Source: Obrimoposthia wandeli
Lineage: Eukaryota
DNA: 63,265 nucleotides
Direction: 5' to 3'
Assembly: GCA_977020255.1 (NCBI GenBank)
Contig: CDROCS010003202.1
Span: forward strand, 186,001-249,265
The first letter of the stretch is position 1. Each line of letters opens with the position of its first letter. Positions 50,001 to 59,976 of the stretch are shown piece after piece. A program made the translations under genes and the position numbers. The notes under the pieces were generated by a model, which searched no databases, was not told the origin of the DNA, and worked only from the letters and a program-made list of their open reading frames with translations.

Positions 50001-50687
50001 TTTCTGTCCTTTTATCGTAAAACCAAAACTTCTGCTCTCTAATGTACATTTTTCTTATTCTTTTAAATTAATATATTTCTTTACAGTCCCAACATTCCAA
50101 TTGATCTCTTCTGCTAATTTTATCATTTTACATTCTAAAATTGAATGTTTTGATGATATGCATATAAAATTGAATGTTTTAAAAATGGTAACATTTTAAT
50201 TAATATAAACGTTGTAAAATAATTTTGTAGTAAGATTACCAAAAGTGAAATAATCAATATCTACTATTGATTGTATAATGTTAGTTGTTTAGTTGCATTC
50301 ACTTGAGAGAAAACTAATTTAGCTATTGAAGCTATCCCGAAATTTGATATCACACACAACTGAGATCGATGTCAGATCTGCATCTGATCATATTATCGCT
50401 TTTGCAAACCGAAAAGCCAGATTTGATGATAAAAACGGTTTATGTTTCGTCAAAATTAAAATGTAGTGTATAAATAATCGGTTACATATTTGCAGTCGGT
50501 CGCCACCTCAAGATCAGAATTGGACATGACCTTCACGGAGCCGGACCAGTCTGAATATGTGTTGGGCATGAACTGTCCCTGTCCCCTCAACAGTAGTCGC
50601 AGTTCCGCTCAGCGACTCTATGTGTGCAACAACGACACGGAGTTCCGAATTGCCAGCCTCTTTAACGAGGATGTAACCTACTTCTGA
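20100..50687 (+). CDS. RAB3GAP1: Rab3 GTPase-activating protein catalytic subunit, multi-exon gene (whole span)
   Basis: GT-AG exons give 'IFEITDFTNATNWEVFISRL', 'SPLNDKMVQTIL', 'ADMSAFKAANPGGCVMEDFIRWYSPRDF', 'PARAQRRLFDETSAAE' and the C-terminus 'QRLY...FRIASLFNEDVTYF*', collinear with known RAB3GAP1. The start exon (20100-20111) is tentative and some internal exons were not resolved. Confidence 0.92.
20774..21928 (+). CDS. RAB3GAP1: RAB3GAP1 5' exon cluster (20774-20826, 20870-20927, 20967-21060, 21357-21561, 21763-21928)
   Basis: Phase-compatible GT-AG junctions, including 43-nt and 39-nt introns. The translation includes 'LMNSVMIAVANIKCQLPVVI' and 'YLSGIRRMFQEKL'. Confidence 0.85.
24440..26650 (-). 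pseudogene. Heavily degraded LTR-retrotransposon pol (second Gypsy-like family) in a RAB3GAP1 intron
   Basis: Protease-like 'LDFILGVDTINEL'; RT 'GLNCAPQIMIKIL...SYIDNIIVD'; integrase 'YLTIVDSGPSRFAIW' and 'QGNCIVERNHRTIK'. Confidence 0.8.
27355..27941. repeat. Tandem duplication of a unit of about 297 bp
   Basis: 'cactgac...tctaatgttagcat...gaatgacataacc' occurs at about 27358-27645 and again at about 27653-27941 with high identity. Confidence 0.9.
28670..29660 (-). mobile_element. Rearranged remnant of a relative of the large Gypsy element (PBS/LTR junction plus 5' UTR and gag start)
   Basis: 'ctcaccaaattgtt' junction at 28680-28693. The segment 28760-29655 aligns by eye with 15275-16150. 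Confidence 0.75.
30399..30749. mobile_element. hAT-type MITE with an 8-bp target duplication
   Basis: Imperfect TIRs CAGGGGCGTGCAA / TTGCGCACCCATG, flanked by ATCTAAAT at both 30391-30398 and 30750-30757. Confidence 0.85.
33470..33808 (-). pseudogene. Tc1/mariner-like transposase N-terminal HTH fragment (DUF4817-like)
   Basis: 'YTIEYRIIVAKWY...LRQRFDDESPHNGVLQTWHDKLFTTGTI' follows the pattern of DUF4817-type transposase N-termini. Confidence 0.6.
34892..35191 (+). CDS. RAB3GAP1: RAB3GAP1 exons 34892-34949, 34999-35067 and 35121-35191
   Basis: Phase-compatible splicing gives 'YLTLGFAKDPVKQIKLYAHWPRV', comparable to 'LPFGACEDPISELHLATTWP'. The introns are 49 and 53 nt. Confidence 0.75.
37639..38226 (-). 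CDS. Intronless nested ORF, probable permuted papain-like (PPPDE/LRAT-type) enzyme
   Basis: 195-aa open frame with a His in 'FHHQLVVFKT..WWSVEK' ahead of a Cys in 'YHFLKSNCQRFA'. A TATAAATA lies about 80 bp upstream on the minus strand. Confidence 0.65.
   Translation of the reverse strand: MASSSTKSNVEENCWTKEVHFKLEDNGKFRPYTFDEIAEEIDIFEKITEVNRNKVPLTGIQGLSLVFHHQLVVFKTDTFWWSVEKDEESIKIQRSKKAYVVRDKLGGYRRRPLTLLNEDKCNINIKNLLDFLYDVEVENRYHFLKSNCQRFAITIYNFCTTYHELEGDLLLFVLILMVDPEFIGNYNSNSECHLI
39350..39881 (-). mobile_element. Tc1/mariner internal-deletion derivative with TIRs and TA duplication
   Basis: TIRs CCGGGTTATTCACAAGTAACCTACCAT / ATGGTAGGTTACTTATGAATATCTCGG with TA on both sides. It contains an HTH remnant 'PDRHTVRNHITKFEKEGTV..LSKGGRP'. 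Confidence 0.85.
40717..40895 (+). CDS. RAB3GAP1: RAB3GAP1 internal exon
   Basis: AG/GT boundaries; translation 'LLKLTQPP...SSPLNDKMVQTILE'. Confidence 0.8.
41107..41899 (+). mobile_element. Mariner deletion derivative with TIRs
   Basis: TIRs TTAGGGTGTCATAAGTATTTTT / AAAAGTACTTATGAGACACCTTAA with TA flanks. Internal remnants include 'FLKRIITNDE' and 'LCVWWNFEQVIHFELL'. Confidence 0.85.
43558..47856 (+). CDS. RAB3GAP1: RAB3GAP1 3' exon cluster (43558-43683, 43843-44250, 45877-46150, 46285-46569, 46672-46872, 47666-47856)
   Basis: All junctions are GT-AG and phase-compatible. The cluster contains the catalytic-domain motif 'FKAANPG..MEDFIRWYSPRD'. Confidence 0.92.
50496..50687 (+). CDS. RAB3GAP1: RAB3GAP1 terminal exon
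   Basis: 'SEYVLGMNCPCPLNSSRSSAQRLY...FRIASLFNEDVTYF*' matches the recalled RAB3GAP1 C-terminal pattern. Confidence 0.85.
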   Translation, partial: SVATSRSELDMTFTEPDQSEYVLGMNCPCPLNSSRSSAQRLYVCNNDTEFRIASLFNEDVTYF

Positions 50688-52471
50688 AGCTCGTGACAAG
50701 AAATACTTATTAACCTATTTATCAGTCAAATTTCCCCCCATTTGTGATAGTTAGTGAATTTCGATATGGTGGATATTTATTTTCAGGAGACCTTGTTTTG
50801 TGTACTTTGATCATTTGTGAGTCTATTCTAATATGATATATTTAATTGGTACAATTTACAATTTAGTCATCACAATAACCGCTTTCCTTTTTTCTTGAAA
50901 CTTTTTCAACAAGTTTCAGTTGACATTAACATTTTGACGTTTAAAACTTCATTATGTACATTATTATTTTAAAAATTATATTTATATTAATAGTGTAGAC
51001 AGATAAACCATCTAGTATTATATACTGGGAGATTCTAAATACCTGTTATATATTCAATTCCTACTTACGGGTGGTCATTAAAAAATCTCAGTATTTATAT
51101 GTTCCAAATATTAAGAGGAATATACTGTATATTAATGAAATATGTTTTATTATATGAAACGATTATTTATTCAATGAAAAGAAGAGGCTGAACCTAAATC
51201 TTTCACCTTGACAGACATTTAATTGCCCCCATCATTTATTGAATACATTCAATTCATTCTTCAACTTTTCAACACAATATTGAATTCGGTTTCTACCTGC
51301 TTCAAATATTTCACCTGACATTTTTTTCCGATACACCTCCGCTTTCAGGAGACCACATAAGAGCTCAATTAAGGGTTGTAACATTTCCAATTTACTCAAT
51401 GTTTCTAATATGTATTTTGCATATGACGAGGAAGCCAGATATGACCAAAAATTATTGTCACTGTGATATTTTTGAATACATTTGTACAAATCTCTTTATG
51501 ACACTTTCTTTGGCACCTATTTCCTTATTGGTAGCTTTGGATGATGGAGCTATTTTAATACATTGGTCTCATTTTCATACGATATCTTATTCAGGTAATG
51601 CTGTAAATTTTATATATTTTTGTAAAATCTCGTTTGGGTAATCTTTCTCCAAGGGTATTGGAAACCAACTTCATATTTAACTGGTTCATTTTGTTGAGTT
51701 TTCTATTCGAAACTGCGATTAGATCCTTGTATGGAGGTCGCCAACGTGAGTTCTGTAGCGATGGGGATTACAGATGTTTGTGGCCTACCTATTATTTTCT
51801 TACTTAATTCGAGTCTAAATCTGAAGATTTTTTATGTTTTGTAGGTGTGGTATGTTATGACTTGTGTGCAATATAACTGGGAGGGCCCTTAAACTAATCT
51901 AGTGTGACGTAGGTCTATAGTTGCTTAGCTTTTATTTTATAGAAACTCTGGTAAAAAACCTTTAGCTGGTTGAACATTGAAAAGCCGGAGACAAGCGACA
52001 ATAACGATATTCTTCCGCTAATATTGGGACACAACAATCCTCAAACACCCCAGTGCTTTGAATACCATCACGTGGTTGTCCCTCGGCCGACCTATAGTAT
52101 AGAGGTACTTAAGTCTACGTGGGTGGTGATTCGAAAATCAACTATATGGGTTATTTAGGAAACAACAAAAATAAGTTCATTAATTTACACAAGTAGGAAC
52201 TTTCTGAAATAACTAAATCATTTACAGTATTCGAAATTGTGATGACACTATCTTACTCAAATATTCAAAACACCAGTCCAATACTTTTACAATAATCAAT
52301 GAAATTTTCTGGTTTAACTCTTGTAAAATGCAATGAAATTACTAATTCAGATTACTTATACAATCAAATTTTAGGTTCAAATACTTTTATGAAAATCAAT
52401 AAAATACTAATTCAGATTACTTGTTAGTAGGTGGATGTGTCCGGTCTAATCCACACCCCCCTCACCCCCTT

Positions 52472-52541
52472 TGTCCTTTAAAACCGTGCATGTGTGTGGA
52501 GTGAAATTTCACTCCACACACATGCACGGTTTTAAAGGACA
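52472..52541. repeat. 70-bp perfect palindrome
   Basis: TGTCCTTTAAAACCGTGCATGTGTGTGGAGTGAAA followed by its exact reverse complement, centred at 52506/52507. Confidence 0.95.
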
Positions 52542-52606
52542 GGGGGGAGGGTACCCCCCTAAAGGTTTTTCGCGCCTTTCGGCGCGAAGGGCTCGGGACT
52601 GACATT

Positions 52607-52877
52607 GGTCACAGACTAGCCCTGCAATGTACGGATATCTCGCTCTCATATAGGTCACAGACTAGCCTTGCAATGTACGGATATCTCGCTCTCATATAGG
52701 TCACAGACTAGCCCTGCAATGTACGGATATCTCGCTCTCATATAGGTCACAGACTAGCTTGGCGATGTACGGATGTCTCGCTCTCACACCACACCACACC
52801 ACACCACACCACACCACACCACACCACACCACACCACACCACACCACACCACACCACACCACACCACACCACACCAC
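52607..52877. repeat. 46-bp tandem repeat (4 units) followed by a (CACAC)n microsatellite
   Basis: 'ggtcacagactagc' starts at 52607, 52653, 52699 and 52745. The CACAC run spans about 52786-52877. Confidence 0.95.
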
Positions 52878-53037
52878 CGAAACACCACACCACACCACCG
52901 AAACACTCCACTCTCCGCCCGCTCCTTCGGGGCGGGCTTCATTCTTGATCTACAGGCACGAAAAACATCGGTCAGATCTATATAATTTAGAGGAGCAAAA
53001 ACAAAATACGAGACAAAATTATTTTTCAAAATATTTA

Positions 53038-53538
53038 TTAAACATAAAACAATATATTGGCTTCACTCAAAGTCCAGAGAGGCTGCATTTTCCCGTCATC
53101 AGCAAAATATCCATTCAGACGTATTGAGATATTCCATAGTTCTTCATCTAGAATTGGAGCAATCAAATATCCTAGATCATCTTTAAAATCCAGACTGGGA
53201 TCAGTTTCAAGCTCGAAACAATTTCCTTCATATACATAATCAGGAATGTAAAATCCCAAAATATTTTTCAGTTGATCAAAATCAGTTGTTAAAATTTCGA
53301 TGAGATATTTTTTCTCCACTTTTGATATTTTCACAGGATTCATAACTCGTATAATTTGATGCTTCTTTAATATATTACATAGCTTTCCTATTGAAATTCT
53401 CTCTGGATAATAAAAATTTGCTACACATCTCTTATCCATTCTAAAATAAGGAAACTGATTAAAAACAATGTTTATAAAAAATACACATAAGATACAAATA
53501 TTTAAAAAACAAAACTGATTATCAAATGAAAGAAACAT
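53038..53538 (-). CDS. Maverick accessory ORF of unknown function (paralogue of 53573-53944)
   Basis: Shares a C-terminal pattern with its neighbour: 'ISIRLNGY...MQPLWTLSEANILF' versus 'VTIRLYGY...KLPMWKIERAHISMF'. The start may be the Met of 'MDKRC'. Confidence 0.55.
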   Translation of the reverse strand: MFLSFDNQFCFLNICILCVFFINIVFNQFPYFRMDKRCVANFYYPERISIGKLCNILKKHQIIRVMNPVKISKVEKKYLIEILTTDFDQLKNILGFYIPDYVYEGNCFELETDPSLDFKDDLGYLIAPILDEELWNISIRLNGYFADDGKMQPLWTLSEANILFYV

Positions 53539-53572
53539 AGTAAAACCGATTACAATTTATTACACACAAAAG

Positions 53573-54048
53573 TTAAAACATAGAAATATGAGCACGTTCA
53601 ATTTTCCACATAGGCAACTTTGTTCCCATTTCATCTTTCTTGTAACCATAAAGTCGAATTGTTACAGTCCATTGCTTCTTTTTCGGAAACGCATCAATAT
53701 CAACATATCTTCCATAGTCATCTAGAAATGCTTCATCGGCTCCTCGGATATAAAATTCGTTCTTATTGAAAGTAAAATTCGGAACTGCCTTTTCTATTTT
53801 CTGTTTAAGATATTGAAAATCAGGTTTTTGAATACCTGATAGATAGTAGCTGAACTTTCTTCTTTCAATTGTCACAGGATTTACTAAAGCAATCAGTTGA
53901 GCCTTCTTCAAGAATCTGACTTTGTATTTGAAATATTGTTTCACTTCTTCTTACATATCCTTATCCGATTCTTCAAACATTTCTTCGTCATCGCTTAATA
54001 CCAGTTGGCTATCATCCATTGTTGATAATTGTCTTTGATATGAATGCA
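53573..54048 (-). CDS. Maverick accessory ORF of unknown function (one in-frame stop near 53950)
   Basis: 123-aa open frame at 53573-53944 with an acidic upstream extension from an ATG near 54048. Confidence 0.5.
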
Positions 54049-54265
54049 TTTACTGTGATTTGTCCTCCAATGGTGCATTCTTTTATACTAATTTCTAACA
54101 AATACATGAGTCTCATTGGTTAATATAACTAAAGCATTGAATTTGATTGGACTAAATATATCATCCAATTATAATAGGTTTGCAAGATAATTAAAAGAAA
54201 CGTGCAATAAAAAAGCAGGTTCAGACATATATAAAGAAGATTTTACAGAATACAATTTCAGTCTA

Positions 54266-54915
54266 ATGAAACTCGTAAATATAAATTATAAAGGTAGAAC
54301 AGAAGATGATGTTTCGTACTTACCATCCAATGAATGGAAGCCAAGACAATATGTAGAAAAGTTTGACAATTTCACAGTTGTTATTTTTCCTACAGGTTAG
54401 TTTTTTATTTTATTTTCATATTGAATTCTTTAGGAAATTGTCGTGTTATGGGATGCAAAATACCAATGCTTGGGTTCAATTTACCATTTGGAATTCAAAT
54501 CACTGCATTACAATCAATCACGATTTCGGCTAATCTCGGGAAACAGATAAATCTTTTTAAAACTGCTGAGAAAATGAAAGAGGTTTCCTACAGGTTAGTT
54601 TTTTATTTTATTTTCATATTGAATTCTTTAGGAAATTGTCGTGTTATGGGATGCAAAATACCAATGCTTGGGTTCAATTTACCATTTGGAATTCAAATCA
54701 CTGCATTACAATCAATCACGATTTCGGCTAATCTCGGGAAACAGATAAATCTTTTTAAAACTGCTGAGAAAATGAAAGAAGAATGCATGTTTGAACCAGA
54801 AATTTTTCCTGCTCTCAGTTATTTGAAGTTTAAACCGCTATGTGTAAATATATTTTCCAGTGGTAAAGTTATGATATTGGGATTGAAAAACTTTGATTAT
54901 CCAGATATAGTTTGA
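54266..54915 (+). pseudogene. TBP-like (TATA-binding-protein fold) gene with a 38-nt intron and a 198-bp tandem duplication
   Basis: Splicing out 54396-54433 gives 'FTVVIFPTGNCRVMG'. The second half-repeat reads 'SITISANLGKQINL...FEPEIFPALSYLKFKPLCVNIFSSGKVMILG'. Confidence 0.75.
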
Positions 54916-54992
54916 ATTGATTTTAGAAAATATATCTTATTACATCTTGTTATCTTTTCTATTAACAAACCCGTTTAAACTTATTGTTTTGA

Positions 54993-55265
54993 ATGAATAA
55001 TACTATAAATAGAGACAATGAAGTGGATCAGCTTGCCGATGAAATATTTTCTGGAAAAATTAGGGGTAAAGAAATTTTATCAGAATTAAAAAATAATGAT
55101 ATAACAAGAGATAACATTGAAATATTGGTTAGATCACACGTTATTCGAGAATTTAGAAATCGTACACAAATAAATAAAATTATAGCCAAATATTCATTAA
55201 TTAATTTTTGTATTTCATCTACAATAGCTCTAACATTGTACATTTCAATAAGGAAACTTCTATGA
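54993..55265 (+). CDS. Small Maverick ORF with a hydrophobic C-terminus
   Basis: 90-aa open frame co-oriented with the core genes; no recognisable motif. Confidence 0.4.
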   Translation: MNNTINRDNEVDQLADEIFSGKIRGKEILSELKNNDITRDNIEILVRSHVIREFRNRTQINKIIAKYSLINFCISSTIALTLYISIRKLL

Positions 55266-55302
55266 TAATATAAACAATATTAAAAATGAAAGAGTATATG
55301 CA

Positions 55303-55949
55303 ATGGAGCTAAATAATAATGCTGTATTTCAAATAGTTGGCCCAAGTGGAAGTGGAAAGACACATTTCGTCTGTAAATTGTTGCAAAATGAATCTCTTTT
55401 CAAATCTAGTTTGAAAAATATTTATTGGCATCATGGTGGAGGAGGGGAAAGCGGGTTAACCAAAACAGAAGTTTGCAAGTTGAAGGGAATACAATTTATT
55501 GAAGGATTTGATGCAAATTGGTGTGAAAGATTGAAAAAAAAGATGTAATAATAATTGATGATTTGTATCAGGAAGCTAACAAGGAATTGGACTTTAATAA
55601 TTTATTTACGAAGATTGCAAGACATCGTGAAGTAACAGTTATATTTATCACTCAAAATCTGTTTCACCAAGGAGGTCACAATAGAACAAGAAATCTTAAT
55701 GTACATTACTTAGTTTTATTTAAAAATTCTAGAGATCAAACAGTTGTTGATTTTGTGGCCAGACAGGCATTTCCTCAAAATAAGAACTTTCTAGTTGATT
55801 CATTCCACGATGCTGCTAAACAAGCAATTGGGTATATATTTATTGACTTTACACAAGCTTGCCCAGATGATTTACGTGTTTTAACATACATATTTAATTC
55901 TAAGGGAGTAACTGTTTATAAACAAATAGAGAACAATTATAAAAAATAA
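55303..55949 (+). pseudogene. Maverick packaging ATPase (A32/FtsK-HerA type), frameshifted in a poly-A run
   Basis: Walker A 'GPSGSGKT', Walker B 'IIIDD' and 'FITQNLF...RTRNLNVHYLVLFKNSRD'. Confidence 0.92.
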
Positions 55950-56125
55950 ATTCGCTATGCCTTTTCAAAGTTGATAGTAAAACGTAAAGTAAAATCTAAG
56001 AAATCAAAAAAAAGAATCATTAAGAAAAAAGAATTGAAAAAATTAATCAAATCTGTAATTAAAAATAAAAAAAACTTAAATGGCTTCGAATATAAACAAT
56101 ATTTAAATTAAACCTTTTTTATTAA

Positions 56126-56455
56126 ATGAAGAAAATACAAAGAAGCATACCCTATTTTAAAGCTTTAGTCAAAGCCTCTTCTAATAAGAGAATGATTATT
56201 CTTAAAGCATTTCCATCCTTTATTGTAGATGATTTATTGGAAGTTTTTTATAATATAGTTTTGGGTCGAGTAAAAGTTGGAAATCGGAAAAATATATTAA
56301 AGAAATATAGAAAAACTCTTCTAAATATTGCTAATGTAAAAAGTAAAAAAAGGAAACGAAATATTATTCTTAAACAGAATGGTGGTTTCACAGGGGCTGT
56401 TATTCCAGTTGTTGCTTCAATTATCAGTAGTATTATAGCTGCGACACGTTCATAA
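56126..56455 (+). CDS. Basic Maverick structural/core protein with an adenain-type cleavage motif
   Basis: Lys-rich 109-aa ORF ending 'KQNGGFTGAVIPVVASII', as recalled for conserved small Polinton proteins. Confidence 0.65.
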   Translation: MKKIQRSIPYFKALVKASSNKRMIILKAFPSFIVDDLLEVFYNIVLGRVKVGNRKNILKKYRKTLLNIANVKSKKRKRNIILKQNGGFTGAVIPVVASIISSIIAATRS

Positions 56456-56483
56456 ACAATTATTTCTAAAATCAGCTAAAGAT

Positions 56484-56702
56484 ATGGGTGCTAGCCCTTC
56501 TTTACCTAAACTTAAATTTTCTTTCTATTCAAATTGTTGTAATGGAGAAGATATGGTTCAATCCAAAAGATCCAATTGGCTACACAGGAGTTTCAAAATG
56601 AGCAAAAAGAACAAAACAAAATTACAAGAAAACGCAGAAATGGCTGAGCGACCAGTTAGCCTACAGTCTGAACAAGCCGATGAGAAGAAGGTTTCCAACT
56701 AG
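56484..56702 (+). CDS. Small ORF with a possible N-myristoylation start (MGASPS)
   Basis: 72-aa open frame between the core-like protein and the integrase. Confidence 0.35.
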   Translation: MGASPSLPKLKFSFYSNCCNGEDMVQSKRSNWLHRSFKMSKKNKTKLQENAEMAERPVSLQSEQADEKKVSN

Positions 56703-57570
56703 AGCTTACAAAACCAACGGTCCTAATAATTTATGGCAAATGGATTTGATGGAGATGATCCCATATTCTTCCATTAATAAGGGATATCGATATATTTTAA
56801 CATGTATTGATGTATTTAGCAGGTTTGCTCGTGCAATTCCAGTTAAAGCAAAGCCTTCAATAGCTATGCTTGAAGCCATTAAATAAATATTAAAAGAGGA
56901 CATTCCACAAAATGTGCAAACTGATTTAAGAAAAGAATTTTATAATAAGCAAGTTCAATCCTTATTTAAACAAAATAATATAAATCATTACTCTGTGTTT
57001 TCACAATACAAAGTAGCAATAGTAGAAAGATTTAATCGTACTCTAAGAGATCGAATAAAAAGGTTTTTCACAAAAGAAGGAAATAAAAAATGGATCCAAA
57101 TTTTACCTAAAATAATACATGCATATAATCACTCTGAACATAGAGGTCTCAAGGGAATGAGACCTGTTGATGTTACTAATAAAAACTCTATGGACATTTG
57201 GATGAACAGGAATAAAAAAGATAAAATTAAAAAAGCTAAATATAAGAAAAACGAATATTTTCGAATTTCGAAAATTAGCTCTACTCCATTTATTAAAAAC
57301 GTTGATCAGAATTGGAGCGATGAAATATTTTGTATAAGTAAAATTGATCAAAAGAGTAATCCAATAATGTATACTATTAAAGATGCTGACAATAATATCG
57401 TTCACGGTAAATTTTACGAGAACTACAAGAACTACAAGTAATATCAAATAAACCTAGCGTTTTCCGTATTCAAAAAATATTAAAATCTAAGGGTGCTGGT
57501 AAACATAAACAATACTATGTCAAATGGCATGGTTATTCAGATCCAACTTGGATATCAGCATCTAATATAA
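56640..57570 (+). pseudogene. Maverick RVE-type integrase with a C-terminal chromodomain-like segment, disrupted
   Basis: 'WQMDLMEM', 'LTCIDVFSRFA', 'QTDLRKEFYN', 'KVAIVERFNRTLR' and 'YYVKWHGYSDPTWI'. Confidence 0.92.
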
Positions 57571-57571
57571 T

Positions 57572-58630
57572 ATGAATTCTATGTATATGGTTTTACCAAG
57601 TAACGGATGTCCGAAGACTCAACCAGATAATGACGCTAGTAGCTTTATTATCGATTGGGAAAATTCTATAAATCTCCAAGGAGAATGGGAAGCGGCTTTA
57701 ACAGAATTTTCTTTTTATTATTCTCCAATTACTATCAAAAAAAACTCACATATTTCGTTTACAAAAGAAGTTGATCATGAAAAAACAACTGAAGTTGTGA
57801 TCGGGTTTGATAGTAAAGGACAATTCTATTACAATTGTATAGATAAAGAAGTGAAAGTTATATTTGAAAATAACAAAGTCAGATTTAAAAATTGATTAAA
57901 ATTTCTTCAAGTTATTAAAATTATTTTTGAATTTAAAAAAGAAGCTCTTCAATTCAGTTTTGATAGTGAACAAACAGTAGCTAGTAATAAACGGGATATT
58001 ATCTCATCTAATTCGGTTAGAAATGTTCCTGGTAGAGTAGCAAAAGTGTTGTTACTTGAAACGAGACCAAAGACTGTAGTGGAACTGAAAACGTTTTCAA
58101 AAGATTATAAAATAGATAGTGAAGTGAATTTCTGTAAATTAATACAGAAGGAATGTAGTGAATATTTGGATAAATGTGAAACATTAAATGGTAAATTAAC
58201 GTTTACAGTAAAGAGCAATATAATACGAATTTCATTTGATGATAAACTCGCTATAAACCTTTGTTTAAACAGAAATACCTTTGAAACCCATACAATAAAA
58301 ACCATAAAAGTTAAAAATAAGGCAAAACCTTTAAATGCTGTTAATCATTTATATATTTATACTATTTCAATAGAACCAACGCTTGTAGGAGGACAGCGAG
58401 TTCCACTTTTGAGAACAATATGGATATCTAAAAATGAAACTAGAGATGGGGACACTGTCGGTATGTGTATAGATCAACCAATGTATCTTCCAGTTTCTCT
58501 CTTTTCTATAAACAATATTGAAGTAAATATTAGAGATGATTCCGGACAACTAATAGATTTCACATACGGGGCCAAGACAAGTTTAACAATACATTTAAGA
58601 AAACAAAATGGTGAATCCAGCAATAATTGA
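57572..58630 (+). pseudogene. Maverick minor capsid (penton-like) protein, interrupted
   Basis: N-terminus 'MYMVLPSN...DN..SSF...INLQGEWEAALTE' and C-terminus 'LYIYT...VGGQRVPLLRTI...INNIEVNIRDDSG'. Confidence 0.75.
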
Positions 58631-59009
58631 AGCTTATAGTCAAAGCCAACAAGATGGAGAATTACCATATTTTGTTGGTAAACAATACGGATCTGGCTGG
58701 CTTAGAACATTAGGTAGATTTGACTTTCCTCTTTTAAAGAGACTCGGGCGATTTATATCAAAATTAGGAAAGGATTACCTTTCATCTAATGACAATAAAC
58801 TAATACCAACTTTTAAGAAGCATGAGCTTGATGAACTTGATAATATTTTACCTAAAGTTGAAAATTTGATTAGAAAACGTAAATCAAATAAAAGCCAAAG
58901 AGGTAGTGGATTTAAAAGTAAAAAGAAGCTAAAAATTAATATAAACAAACGTAAGAAAGTTGAAGGAACAATATTTTGGATGCAAAATTGTATGAGCAGT
59001 TGTAGATAA
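58608..59009 (+). CDS. Maverick basic core-like protein (QxGxG motif)
   Basis: 'YFVGKQYGSGWLRTLGRF..PLLKRLG' and 'SQRGSG'. Confidence 0.6.
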   Translation: MVNPAIIEAYSQSQQDGELPYFVGKQYGSGWLRTLGRFDFPLLKRLGRFISKLGKDYLSSNDNKLIPTFKKHELDELDNILPKVENLIRKRKSNKSQRGSGFKSKKKLKININKRKKVEGTIFWMQNCMSSCR

Positions 59010-59976
59010 TGCTTCCTTTGAAGAAATATTCTAGTTAACTCAGTTTCAGCCAATCAGTTTTAATTTGAATGATACTTTGCTTTATGTTCAAATAAAAGTA
59101 TTAAATCGGCACATAATATAAAATAATGAATAGAAATTCTTCTATGCTCATAAAGCTTTGATTGAAAGTCTTTTGAATTATAGTACTGAAAAAATACAAT
59201 TTGGCAACCATTGTTATCTGTTAACTAAAAGAATGGATTGCAGGTTCTAAAGCTTAAACTAGATTGAATTTCTTTGAACTATTTAATTCCCAGTGTAATG
59301 TACATCTTCGTTTTGAAACGTAATAAATGGAATTTTTTCTTATAAGCACGGACATCTAAAACCCTAGACTTGATATTTTGGATGCAAAATTGTATGTTCA
59401 AAAACCGAGCAATCAGTTTTAATGGCACATAATATAGGAATGGAAAAAAACAATGCTTGTTATCCTATTAGAGAAACTAAACTTAGGGTACACAAGCTTT
59501 TAATAAGGATCAAATTTTTGGTGATGTAAGATTACCGAAATTTATTTTTAATTTCTTTTCAAAAAACTGCAAAGTTTCTAGGAAATTATACGACAGATGC
59601 AACTCAATTTGACAATCTTAATGTTGGTTTAGTGACACTATCAAGAAATACTGATTATCGTGAAACATATAAAACAGATTTCGAAGGTAACGCTTATGCT
59701 TTGGCTTATACCCAATCTATTATTTGGAATTTGGGTCAACTAGATAAAAATAGAAACAATGGTATTTCTTTCATTGACTTTAAAAACAGCTGCCCGTTCT
59801 TCACATTTGTTTTGGCACCAGACTTTGATATAAACCAATGCCAACTACCAAGGGATGGAAATTTACGACTAGAAATTAAGTTCAATGCAGGTTTAACAAA
59901 TCCTACTACGGTGCTTATTTACGGAGTATTTGATTCGGAAATACAAATCAATAAAAACAGAACTGCCATATTATAG
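59000..59976 (+). pseudogene. Maverick major capsid protein remnant (internally deleted and frameshifted)
   Basis: C-terminus 'GNLRLEIKFNAGLTNPTTVLIYGVFDSEIQINKNRTAIL'; upstream fragments such as 'LYAHKALIESLLNYS'. Confidence 0.8.

Noticed and set aside
52701-53127. ORFs with VVWCG / HHTTP repeats
   Set aside because: These are translations of the (CACAC)n microsatellite, not genes.
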